A stretch of DNA of 64,000 bases from Chrysomallon squamiferum (taxonomy: Eukaryota > Animalia > Mollusca). A model generated the notes under the pieces. The model did not search any database and had not been told where the DNA came from. It worked only from the letters and a program-made list of their open reading frames with translations. The position numbers were made by a program, and so were the translations under genes. Shown piece after piece: positions 25,446 through 37,540 of the stretch (the first letter of the stretch is position 1; every line of letters begins with the position of its first letter). The stretch lies in contig CM022670.1 of NCBI GenBank assembly GCA_012295275.1, positions 32,426,001 through 32,490,000 of the forward strand, in the 5' to 3' direction.

Positions 25446-27734
25446 AATGTACATAAAACAAACTTATTTGAAATTTGGATGTTGAAAGAAGTGAAGGCTG
25501 TGCATGTGTGGATTGATGATATCTTGGTATTTAACAAACTTGCGAATTTTTGTAAACAACGAAGAATCCACTGACAACTGCTTTCACACTTAAGTAAAAG
25601 AACATTGATAGAACTGCATCACAGACTTCAATAAATCTAAATACCACCCAGCTTTAGCCATGCATTCAAGCAAACTGTTGTTTATGAAGAAAAACGTTTA
25701 TTTCCTTGTTGTTGCTGTTATTATCATTTTTTCTTTTTTTTTAATATCAATATCTCTGGCATAATTTAGAAAATGTTATCATCTGTCATATTGATTTAAA
25801 AAAAAAAATTTAGTTTGATCCTGATATGAAACTTTTCAAGTACAGATTGATACACGAGTAACTCATATTCTGCAAGAACTGTGAAATACATCAAAATGAA
25901 TTTCTTTAAAAGTCATATTTGTTTGCTTCTCTGGGTATTTATACATCAGAAGAATTTCAGATATGAAAATTGGTTTTTTTCTCCCTTTCTTAAAGGAAAG
26001 AAAATTAATGATATTTCAGACAGGGTTTCTTGTTCTTTTCTTCTTTTTTTGAATCTGAATTAGCAAGATGTAGTGTCTATAACATACTTTACGAAATTAA
26101 AAAAATAAATAAATGTATTAAAACTGTTAATTTTTCTCTGCATGTATAATTCTTTCTTTTTTCACCCAGTTTTATTTTCAGAAGTCACCAGTATCTTTAA
26201 TATTTGTCCAAAAACACCAACAACAACCTGAACATTTCAAAATAAAACAAAAAAAGTTGCCAAGAATAAAAATAAATTTCATCTGTGATCTCTGCTATCC
26301 TCCTGTAATAAGAAAGTGTTTTTGTCCTTCCATTGCCAGGCTCTTACACAACATGCCTGACTCTACACACTGAAAAGTTATTAACTGAAGAAGGTATTAT
26401 GATTTGTTGGACACGAATCACCTCTCAAAATAAAGCATTAAGCTCTTCTAAGGCTGATGAGCAGCCAGAAAAGCCTGTGTTATTTTCACTTCTGTTGTTA
26501 GTTTGGTTTCCTACTCAGTGGACTTAGTAATGTGTCTATTTTTTGATAATTTCAGTTCAGATTCGGGGTCAAATATGTTTTTATATTTGATTGTTTGATT
26601 TTGGTTCAGTATTTGATTGTTTGAGTTTAAATTTAGTGACAAAACTCTCATCCAAGATCCTTTTATGAGTTTAAAAGTTTTAACTGTCCATATAAAAATC
26701 AATCAACACTTGTTCCAATATTTAATTAATTGAGCTATCTTCATTAAACTAAAATAACCTCTTATTTTATCCTTCAGCATATGATTCTTCTTTTCATTTT
26801 TCCATTTATCTATTTATTTATTTCTTTGTTCATCCATCCATTCATTCATTCATTCATTCATTCATTTTGCCATACACCTATTCAATCAACAGTCATGCAT
26901 TTGTCCTTGCATTCCTCCATTCATGCAAAAACTATCTATGCATCCTCCATCCATCTGTCCACCATTAACGGGCTGAAATGATTGACCTTTGACACTAACA
27001 GAAGATATTTTCTGATGATTCAGGGGATGTGGAGTTAAAGACAGAAATTACAGTTATAATGTGTCTTCTAGTTTCCTCTGATTCTCCAAGCAAACGAATT
27101 CTGCAAGTGAAGTTAATGACAGTCATAATGAGAAAGCAGATTAGAATTTCTACAGTTAAAAGATTTACCAGACTTTCACTTAGAATCCAAATAATGCTAA
27201 TTATTGAAAAACAGACATTTGTATCTTATTACAGAAGTAATGGTTTAAGATCAGTAAAAATGTTTGAAATGTGTATGTACTGTCATGTTTGTAAAATACT
27301 GCATGTGTATATTTATGTGTGCTGGTTGTATGTGTTTTCTTTTGTATTTTGTGTTGTATGTGTCTCTAAATTTTGATGATAAAAAATTATTAATTTTTAT
27401 TATTTTTCTTTATAGAATTTTGATCTAACACTGGTATATATAAAATATTTTTATATATAAAATCAATAATTTTAATAAAACAAAATAGTTTATTGAGAAA
27501 TAGATATTGATTTAAAAAGTAAAAGTATGAGATATGTAAACCTAGAAGGTTTTTTTCTCTGCTGTCCTAGAATACACTATTAATAATATTAAAAATTCTA
27601 ATTATGTTTTTATTTAAGATAGGTAAGGAAAGTTTAATAATGATTAATTACATGCATATTTATGTATGTTGGTATGTATGTCTGTCTATCTGTCTGAATG
27701 TGGTTATGTATCTATATGTATGTATATGTATATG

Positions 27735-27735
<1 letters not shown>

Positions 27736-27775
<40 letters not shown>
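27736..27775. repeat. (TG)n microsatellite
   Basis: Seen directly. Confidence 0.95.
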
Positions 27776-27778
<3 letters not shown>

Positions 27779-28889
27779 GAATTATAAGTAGATATCTAAA
27801 TGTCACAAACAGATGGTTATATAATACCCAGATAAATCATAATAAAATGTCTAAATATGAACTTATTGTCACAAACACTAACCAATAAACTACAAAATAG
27901 TAAAAAGAAAACCCTGGTTAAAAATCAATTTATTTAAACAAAAAACAGCGGCATTGCCTACCCAAACATTCAAAGATTAACACGGCGATACAGGTAAAAT
28001 AAACATATCATGAATTGTTTAAATTCAGTGGTAATTCCTAGCAGTGTTAGCAGACAATCCCCAGTCAAGAGTAATACATTTGTAAGAAAAGCCACAGTAA
28101 TGCTTGTACTTATCATTGTTCCATTCATTGATCAGAATACTTACTTAATTTCTAAACTACTTAATAAGATCCAGGTAGATTAGGAATATCTCTTATGGCA
28201 AATGTTTTCGAGACAGGTGCAAGAAATTACTTTTGTATAGTGAAAGAAAATATATGTTATAAAGGTATTGGAATGAATTAATTAGTGGTATTGTACATGA
28301 AGTCAGATATTTCATCTTTTTTTTTTAATTTAAAAACAAAAACATTACAGCTATATTGAAATGTGTAATGAGGTATTTCCCATATAAAGTCAGAACCAAT
28401 TTTCTTATAGTAAAACTTTATTAAAAATTGTATTGAGGTATGTTAAATATTTCATTTCATTCATTCATTTTACCTCAGTAGTCTATGCCAAAGACATCTG
28501 TCACCTCTTTTCACTTTGATTACTCTAATTCTGTTAAAACTTCAAACTAACAATTTCTTTGATGACAATTTTGAAACCTTTCCGTGAAGATACAATGACT
28601 TTCATGTCAAAGTCTTCATTCTGTGGGTTTGTCATGAACAATGCCAAGATTAGGCCACAGCTGTTTTAATTCTGATGATCAGGACATTATGTAAAGAACC
28701 GTTATCAGTGAGCAGTGTGGCAGATACACTAATAACACTACCTGTGTATCCTGCACCTGCCTCAGTGTGTCTGCTGTCTGGCTGAAAGTGAGATGTCTGG
28801 CAAAATAAATTTATTAAGCTGACCTTGACAGTTCAATTAAATTAAAAATGTTGTTATCTTTTAACTTTTCAAGTACATTGACCTTTATA

Positions 28890-29075
28890 ATTCAAACCCA
28901 TATAAATTAAAATCCTTTGACCATTGTTCTGTATATCAAAACACTTTTGACATACTTTAACTGGTCTTTACAGTTACACTGCAGTGACTTCCCAAGTAAC
29001 ATCAGGGATGCTGAAACAACAACTGCATTCAAAACACTACTAAACACCTATTTCTTTCAAATTCACTATGTTCGT
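28890..29075 (+). mobile_element. 3' end remnant of an L2/Crack-like LINE ORF2
   Basis: The ORF segment LHCSDFPSNIRDAETTTAFKTLLNTYFF matches the typical L2/CR1-group C-terminus LWNxLPxxIRxxxSLxxFKxxLKTHLF. Confidence 0.65.
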
Positions 29076-29359
29076 ATACAGTTACGTTTTATTTTTCCAA
29101 TTTTAAAATGTTCAAGCTAGTTTGTTAATTATCTTAAACAATTTTTAAATGTGATTCTTTTATTTTTACCACTATTTTAACATTTCACTGTTATGTTTGC
29201 ATTTATTGTATTACAGAGAGTCGTTTAAATTTAAAATCTGTATCACATATTTTAACCACACTAGATATTACAATTGTTGTTACTGGTTAAATAATTTAAA
29301 CATAATGCCTTACAGCTCAGAATTTGCCCTCCCAAAAGTAATAATAAAGCCTGCGTTTT

Positions 29360-29530
29360 GATTAATTACCCCAGAAGAGAACATTGATCAATTTTCTGTT
29401 GACTCTTGGAATTCAACATTTAGGTAAATCTGATATATAAGCTTCATGGGAAGCCCGCTTCCCATTAGTATTAAGGGATCTTTTGTATGCATTTTCCATC
29501 AGACAGAACAGCATATTCCATAACCTTTGA
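29360..29530 (-). mobile_element. Degenerate SINE (family A) 3' half, antisense
   Basis: Its reverse complement TCAAAGGTTATGGAATATGCTGTTCTGTCTGATGGAAAATGCATACAAAAGATCCC aligns by eye to GGATATGTTTTCCTGTCTGTGGGAAGTTTCATATAAAAGATC at 50726-50767. Confidence 0.7.
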
Positions 29531-30656
29531 CATTTTATTTGTCAGTCACCAACTGGGTGAGGTAATTACTTTATAACTGAAACTCAACATTCAAAAATTA
29601 CACACTTAGTACTAAGAAATTATTTTACAATTCTGTTGCATATAATTCTTTATAATGTGTGTGTGTGTATTTTTATATATATATATATATGAATGTTTAA
29701 TAATAATATTTATTATTATTTTCAGCTTTGTGTTTGTTTTATTTTTGTTTTGGGGTTATTTTTTTTTTTTTTTTTTTTTTATCAATTCCCTTGAAAATAA
29801 TTGAAACAAATATCATTCAAGCCATAGTTTTCAAAGTTTTCAATTTTCTCAAGAGTACAATTGTTTCACCAGTCTGTTGAAATCCCTAACCAAGGGACCA
29901 ACACAGATTACTAACTTTTGTAAAAGATACATATGATACAACTAATCCTTGCTAAGTTTCAAGTTGTTGTGAAGAAAGAGAGAAAAAAAAAAAAAAAACA
30001 TATTATTGTGGTTATTTTTGAATAGGGTGCACAAAACAGAAATAGCACAGACTCTCCACTAAGTATTGTTTTCAGTTTTATCAACGTTTTATAATGCAAA
30101 GTCTTCACAGTTGACTTTGCTCAATTGTGCACCAGGTAGAAACTGACTCCAACAAAGCTTTTTACTAAGAGGCATTCAGAAAATACACTGCTGATCTCTT
30201 TTGCTTCATTGGTTTCTTAGCTGGGAAAAGAAAAGTATGTTATGTCAATGGAAGCAATTATAGAGTCTGTGTAAAGACTCTTTCATTTTCTAAGACTTTG
30301 TCATAATATGTGCTATTTCATTTTAACTATTCTTTGGCTGAATAGTCACAAATTACATGTAGACTTAAAGAAATTTATTATTACAGAAAAAAATAATTTA
30401 AAAGTAGTGTGTGTTAGAGTATTAGAGAGAGAGAGAGAGTGTGTGTGTGTGTGTTATTTAATTTGTTTTAATTTATTTTAGTATATATATCATTTTTACG
30501 AATTAACAGAAGATAAGATATTAAAAGTTGATGGTTAATATTTTTAAAACATATTATTGTAAGCACTGATTTTCAAAAAAAAAAAAAAAAAAAAAAAAAA
30601 GCAATGACAAATTAATGAAATATTTAAAAACAGATTAATTTATTTTCCCCAAAAAA

Positions 30657-30805
30657 TTACTATTACTACTACTACTACTATTACTGCCACTACTACTGCT
30701 CTATTAATTTTGTATTACTACTACAACTACTACTACTACTACTACTGCTGCTACTACTACTACTATTACTACTGCAACTACTACTACTATTATTAATAAT
30801 AATAA
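30657..30805. repeat. Imperfect (CTA)n microsatellite
   Basis: Seen directly. Confidence 0.9.
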
Positions 30806-32406
30806 TGCCACAATAATTTTCAGAAACACAGTTTGATAAAAGCCACATTCACAGTATCTTCTAATATTTTGTGAAACAAATTTCCTCTCACCTAAAAAAA
30901 CAACAAACCAACATCATAAAAAATCATAAGATATTGATTTACTTCTAGTTTCCTTCACTAATGCTTTCCATCAATACCATTTCTGAAAATAATAATTGAT
31001 GGTTGTGCAGTAAATGTAAAACCAGATGTTGAAATATTGCATATAATTCATATCTACGTTTAATGAGAAGTAATTATCTTCCCTTAGAGTGCAGCTCTTT
31101 TTTGAAAAATTTGTTATATTTTATTTTTTCTATTTTCCTTTTGATGCAGGCTCAGATGTCATTAATGAATTTAAAGAATATAATATATAAAACTATGTAC
31201 TTTATAAATACCCACTGATTTAAAACATCTGCTTATTTTTAATAATCAGTCTACTTAATAGCCCCATAGACACATTTGCCTACTTTCTCATTATAACCAA
31301 TACTTCACCATTAATATTAATGTTGGTTCATGATAACTAAATATATTTTAACCTTACTTGAGTTAGATATAGACTTAGCTGTTAATATCATAAAGATTAT
31401 CTGATATGTCAATATTTTAATAAGAAAAATATGTTTAAAGAACAATGATGTCAATAAAAAATAAACTTTTTTTGTATATTTCCTTGTAAAATTATATGGT
31501 AATAAAAAATGTTTCAAATAATATCTCATGAAAACAAATTACAATTTTCATTTATTTTTTATTATAGTAAATTTGATGATGATGACAATTTTGATAATAG
31601 TAATAATAATAATAATAATAATAATAGCAAAAGAAATAATAATAATGTCATGATAATATAAAAATATTATTAAAAAACAAAAATGTTTGACATTTTTTAA
31701 CAGTACCTTTATAAATTATATTCAGTTTGATTTCACCACACATTTTGCTAGTCAGTAATAAACAATAACAAAAAAAACAAAAACATCATAAGTCAGCCTT
31801 TAAATTCCAATTCCCTATTGATACTCGGTGACTGACAAGTTCATTTGTATTACACAAACAGATCTGTAACCCTAAGACTCACGTGGGAAGAAAGAATGTG
31901 TCTTATGGAACAAACACCAAGAAACAGTGATAAAACTCTTTGATAAGATTGACAAGCTAAATGCTGCAGTCCACAGCTTACACCACTGAGCTAAGGTGGT
32001 GAAGTTGGTCTTAAAAACTTTCAGCCACAGCACTGCATAGACAGGTCAATATTATGCCCATAGACTGAGCCATGCTTCATTGATAACTGTTGTGAATTTT
32101 TTTTTTTCTCTGCATTAAAACCTGTTATCACAGCAGACCTATGTGTAGCTGTGTTTGGTCATATTTTCGTGTGTGTGTATAACCTGTGTATATTAATGTT
32201 TACAAATTAGTTCCCAAGCTCTCTTACTGGACATGATCGAAAGATTATTATAGATATTAATTACATTTCTTGGATCATTCAGTGGTGAAATACAACCAAA
32301 GCTGTGGAAATTAATTATCTTCATATAGAGGTAATAATAATTTTGATGAAATTGTGTGTGAATTTCACGGCGTTTCGTTTGGATTGAACCATTGTACAAA
32401 CACTAT

Positions 32407-32498
32407 ATGGTGGCAATGAAAAAACCTGGTCAGTGTTTGTCCAGTGTATTGCAACTGCTACCACTGACCCAACGCTCTCAGTTCTTTGGGTGGAATAA
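32407..32498 (+). CDS. Candidate alternative first coding exon, MVAMKKPGQCLSSVLQLLPLTQRSQFFGWN plus a split codon (possibly a second PDE4 N-terminus)
   Basis: An ATG starts a 30-codon open stretch ending in the donor AA|GTATGT in phase 2, the same phase and strand as the exon at 34683. CpGs are retained at 32368-32377 and an Inr-like TCATTCAGT lies at 32275-32283. I recognise no homology. Confidence 0.35.
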
Positions 32499-34555
32499 GT
32501 ATGTGAAAGAATTTTTCTTGTAAGAATTACTATTCTTCCTGTTGTCAGTGAACTTGGATATAAGTTTTTACATTATTGTTAATCTTTCTAAGATGGCAGA
32601 AGTTACGTTGTGTCACATTATTTACTTTTTTTCTTTTCTCAGCAATCTAGGAAGTACATTTTCTCGTCTTAGGTGGTAGAAGTTACATGAAGGATTTGTG
32701 TCACAGAATTTACCATTGATTCATGTCAGTGAACTGAGATATTTTTTCTTTGTTTTTAATTCTTACTAAAGGTGAAAGAAGTACATTAAATATTAGTGTC
32801 ATTGATTGAACTTCCTTTAGCAAAGTAGGAAAGATTTTTTTTTTTTTTTTTTTTTTTTAAAGGTAGAAAATAATGTAAAATCTAACTGTGTTATTCTCTT
32901 CAGACAAATAGGAAATATTTTCAAAATTTCAAAACTTAAAAACAAAGTATTATTGTTTTCATCAGTCTCTCTAAGAAATATATTTTTTTCAATAGTGGAA
33001 GAAGTAATTAAAACAAATAACTTTATTACTTTTCTAAACAAACAAATAAAAATATAATTTTTATGTTTTTTTGAGGCCTCTGGAAATATTTGAAAGACAA
33101 TAATATCTATTATTATTATTATTACAAATTCTGAGTTGTTTTTGTCAGACTATTAAGATTGGGGTTTTTTTGGAGGTGGAAGAAATGTATAAAAAATAAC
33201 TGAGTGACTGATTATACTCTAACCATCAAACAATTTTATTTTTATTCTAAAAAGGAAACAATATGTGAAGTATCTCTGATTATTCATTATCTGTTTTTAC
33301 AAGCAAATAGCAAAAGCAAAAAAACAACAAAAAAAAAACCCCAGTAATAATAAAAAAATAAGGAAATAATAATAAAATACATTTTAAATTTGTTTTCATC
33401 AACCAGTTAGAAAATCAGCTGGGTTGTTTATTATCATTTAGGAGGTAAGAATAAAAAAAGTGAGTCTTCCATGCATGGACACATCAACCTTTACAGGTAG
33501 CCAGTTAAGTTTGCAGGCTCCTAGCACTTGAGGCTTGACACTGACAAGTCTCAAGTGGTCAGCAGGTAATGGGTTTAGCACTGACCAAATCTCCTTGCCT
33601 ATTGGATTCGAGGACCCATCACTAATGCAATGTGAGTGGTGAAAATTGCGAAATAAAAGCCAAGATCCTTTAGCTTTAGATTTCCAGCTGTACACAGCAG
33701 AAAAGGTGTGCTTCTAAGAGGATTCAAATTTTTTTCTATACTTTGTGCTGTTGGGATTATTATTATAAATTTTCTACAAGGAAGTGTAACTTTTTAGTAT
33801 TACTGTTTTAATATATGGATATTGTGTATAATGATTAACCATCAGACTTTCTGAAAAAGTGAATTCATTTTTTATTCATATATTCCTTTTTTTCTGTTTA
33901 CTTTATAAAAAAAAATTCATTTTTTTAGGAAAAGATAATTTAAAGAGATAATTTTCTTTATTATAAGATACATTAAATATTATATTATGTAAAGACTGAT
34001 ACATATCACAGAACTATCAGGTATTGGTAAAGAGATATATACCAGAACTGTATGATTTTTAACAAAGCAGATATATATATATATATAAATATACCAGAAC
34101 TACAAGATATATGTGTACATAAGAGAGCTTTAGGATTTCCATAATTTATAATTCCTCTGTAAAGCAGCAGTAGATTGCTAATTGAACAGATTAAAGCAGT
34201 GGGCTTACTTGTTTGCTTTCGCACACAGAGAAGCCACATTCGCTATCACTTCACTGATACATGTAATTCATCTCAACATGGATGTGCTGAAGAATCTGAC
34301 AGTGATTGTGAAAAGTATCAAGTATTAGACATTCAAAAGCTCTTAATTGCTAACTGGTCACTTTCCATATACCTTGGCTCTGACTGTCATTTCCACAAGT
34401 AAGAAGTGAAAAGAAAGAGGAAAAAAAAAAAATGCTGTTTTCCATTTAGAGAAAACTGTTTCCTGTCCTTAATCAAAAGGTTTTGAAGGATTTTCCACAT
34501 ATATCCATTTTTTCTTGTATATCTGTATATGGATGGCCTTGCAGATGAAATGAAA

Positions 34556-34682
34556 TTTCAGTCAGTATTGATTCCATGTTTGAAAAGTCCGAGCTTATGT
34601 TTGCATCTGAAGTTTAGTTTGAAAATCTTCGCTTGAGAGTTTGCTGTCACCGAGGTTTGGATTTAACGAAGCTGGTTGTAAC
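34556..34682 (+). promoter_or_regulatory. Putative transcription start (Inr-like TCAGTCAGT) and 5' UTR of the PDE4 first exon, containing a 13-codon uORF at 34576-34617
   Basis: Tandem TCAGT motifs lie at 34558-34566. Several CpGs are intact in an otherwise depleted window. An in-frame TGA at 34620 precedes the AACATG start context. Confidence 0.45.
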
Positions 34683-34762
34683 ATGCAGGGTGAAGTGGGC
34701 ACTTTGGAGGAACTACAGTTGTACAGACTGAGAAACAGACGACACACGTTAGCTAATGTTCG
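34683..34762 (+). CDS. Pde4: Isoform-specific first coding exon of a cAMP-specific phosphodiesterase PDE4 (dunce orthologue), long form; partial CDS
   Basis: It translates as MQGEVGTLEELQLYRLRNRRHTLANV plus CG|GTAAGT (consensus donor, phase 2). I recall a Drosophila dunce isoform starting MQAEQGSIGDLQKYHSRYLKNRRHTLANVR-FDVENG, which shares NRRHTLANVR and has similar length and start. The match is from memory and was not searched. No downstream UCR1 or catalytic exon was seen in the window. Confidence 0.85.
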
Positions 34763-36458
34763 GTAAGTTAGTGATTTTATGTATGTATGAACATATATAT
34801 CTGTGTATGTATGCATATTTGTATGTAGCTTAGGATGTATGTATATATGTAGTTTATGATGTATGTATGTGTGCAAGCATGTATCTATATCTATACATGT
34901 TTGTGTGTTTGTATGTTTGTGCATATGCATTATGTACGTTGGTATCTACCTATGTTTGTTTATGTATATGTGTGTGTGTGTGTATATATATATATATCTA
35001 TGCATGTATGTAAATGTTTGTATGTTATGGTATAATATTAAATATTAAATATAATTTATATATATCCTGGCAAAAGTCAATTTTTATTTCTGAGGACAAT
35101 TTCATTAGTGAGTATTGTGGCAGTGACAATTTCCATAACTATACAGACTTTGACATAATAAATATTCTTTGTTTCTTATATAATATATAATTTTCTTCTT
35201 TTTTATAAAAAAAACAAGAACTAACAACAAAGCAAAAACCCAACAACAACAGAAACAAAAACCACAATGTGAACAGAGTTATCTTTTCTTTCTTATTATT
35301 CTCTGATATCCATTAATGCAAAATTGCCAACATTATTTTGTAATACTATAGCACAGATGTATTGTATTAATTGTATATTTGGCTGCAGCAGTATTAAAAT
35401 CACACATGGTGGTTACTTTTGATGTAGAAACTATTTTTAATGTTATATATTCATGATAAAAATCAGATCTGTAACTTACAATATGATACTTATGAATTGA
35501 AAAATAGAACGCGATGTACAAAGTACTAATGGAGTTTCTTTTAATGAATTTATTAATATTTTAGAGATGAGTCATGTTTTTGGTGGAGAGGGGATAATTT
35601 AGTTACATTTTGATTTTAAAACAATAACAACAACAACAAGAACAAACCAAAATATTGCTAGATGCTGTTAGTATATCAGAATACTGTTATCAGTAAAATA
35701 CAAATTTCATTGTAACAAAATACTGCTTAATATTATCAATATATAAAAATATTGCTTTCAACATAAACAAAACACAGCTTTCAGAACAGAATAACAATAA
35801 CATGGAAGTATATGGAAAAGCATTATGATAATATTATGAACATTGAAGAACTTGATTACTGAAATATCAGAATTGTTGTATTTACTCAAATAGAAAATTA
35901 TGTTTTATTTATCTCAAAATGACAATGGATTTGTTATAAAGATTATACAGTGCAAATCAACTAGCAGAAAAAAAAAATTGAATTTATTTCAGCTTAAGGT
36001 ATAGATTTTTATTGTTTCTTTGCTTAGGTTTAGAGATAATAATAATAATAATAATCACAACATTTTTTTTCACAAAAATAGTTATTTGTTATATTTATTA
36101 CATTATTACACTATGAAAGGTAACTTTTTAAAACTTTCACTAGAAACATTAACTTTCTTTAATTTCTGTTTATTGCATATAGCTTTAAAAATTCATGTGT
36201 TATTTTGAAAATATATAAAAACAGACATGTTCCCCTTGTAATCCTAAGATGTCTTTCTGTTTTAAAAGTGATAAAATCTGCAACCATAATTAATTATGCA
36301 CTATGGCTTTCTACGACTGTGAAAACAAGGCTTTTCTTGATCTTCTTAAAATAATACTGCTGAGTTTATGAAGACATAAAAAATGTAAATATTGTAATTT
36401 AAATGCTTTGTTTACACAGAAGAAAAATCAGGATTCTTATGAGCTGTTATCTACTAAT

Positions 36459-36650
36459 TTTCTGATATACTGATAGCATCAAGTTGTGCCTTAATATGGT
36501 GAAAGCACCTTTCTGATATACTGATAGCATCAAGTTGTGCCTTAATATGTTGAAAGCACCTTTCTGATATACTGATAGCATCAAGCAGTATTTTCATACG
36601 CTGAAAGCAGTATAGTGAAATACTGATATCATCAATCAGTATTCTGATAT
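36459..36650. repeat. 51-bp minisatellite, ~3.5 copies
   Basis: TCTGATATACTGATAGCATCAAG occurs at 36461, 36512 and 36563, followed by a degenerate copy. Confidence 0.92.
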
Positions 36651-37369
36651 ACCAAAAACTGAGATGTAAAATATGTTCAACACAGTACAGATGCATTGAT
36701 AGTTTCCTTATGACCCAGACTATGATTATCAATTAAAAATAAAATAGATTTTTAGTATCCAGTTTGGCTTGTGACTTTCAAGACTATTCAACAGATCAAA
36801 GTTTACCCATCAAGCCAGACATTTTGACATCTGTGACCATAAAAAGAAATTTTGTTTTCACTATGAAAAAAATAGCCTTTGACCTTCTTACAAGATTTAA
36901 GGATAATTGTAAAGCACATAATGACCCTTCAACAGCAGCAGTATCACATTAGATTAATTTATTGATTTGGCTAATATACGGATGCCACCACCATCAGCCC
37001 TTATAGTTGATTTTTATATTGCTCTTTCCTGAATCTTGAAAGTAACAAATTGGTTAGGTTTTGTGATACGTTAGTACAGCAAAACACTACATGTTTTAAA
37101 ATTGATCTCATTTTCATATATGCATGTGGTACTTGGATATAAATCAAACATCAAGTTTAAAACTGATGTTTAAATTGCTGGGTTCTGTATACTAAGTTTA
37201 TCTGAGAAGGATGAATCTCACAAATGAGACTTAGTGTAATCTGTTTTAATGTTTACAAATAAACCATTAGCTGCAGCTTCATGAAGCATGCTTGTACTTT
37301 TGTTCAGATAAATATAAGAAAGATGTGTGTGTGTGTGTGTGTGTGTGGATATTTATGTCTTTATTTGTC

Positions 37370-37540
37370 TGCTTGTCTCTTTCACTAACTCATTTTCTTC
37401 TCTCTCTTTCTCTCATTTCTCACTTTTTTCTCTTGCTCTGTCTCCTTTTTCACTCTTTCTCTTCTTTCTCACTCTCTTTTTTCTTCCTTACTCATTCTTT
37501 TTTTTTTTCTCTCTCTCTCTTGCTCTCTTTCAATCTTCCC
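37370..37540. repeat. Pyrimidine (CT)-rich low-complexity tract
   Basis: Seen directly. Confidence 0.8.

Noticed and set aside
26451-26476. CTGATGA-GCAGCCA-GAAA hammerhead-like string
   Set aside because: It has no stem II pairing and no compatible stems I and III.
27857-27998. CpG-containing stretch GIAYPNIQRLTRRY with a phase-2 donor CAG|GTAAAA
   Set aside because: An in-frame TAA at 27935 separates it from the ATG, and the only nearby AG follows an A-run rather than a pyrimidine tract.
35418-35435. TTTGATGTAGAAACT (FDVET) as the common PDE4 FDVENG exon
   Set aside because: There is no acceptor AG before it, a stop follows within a few codons, and no UCR1 sequence follows.
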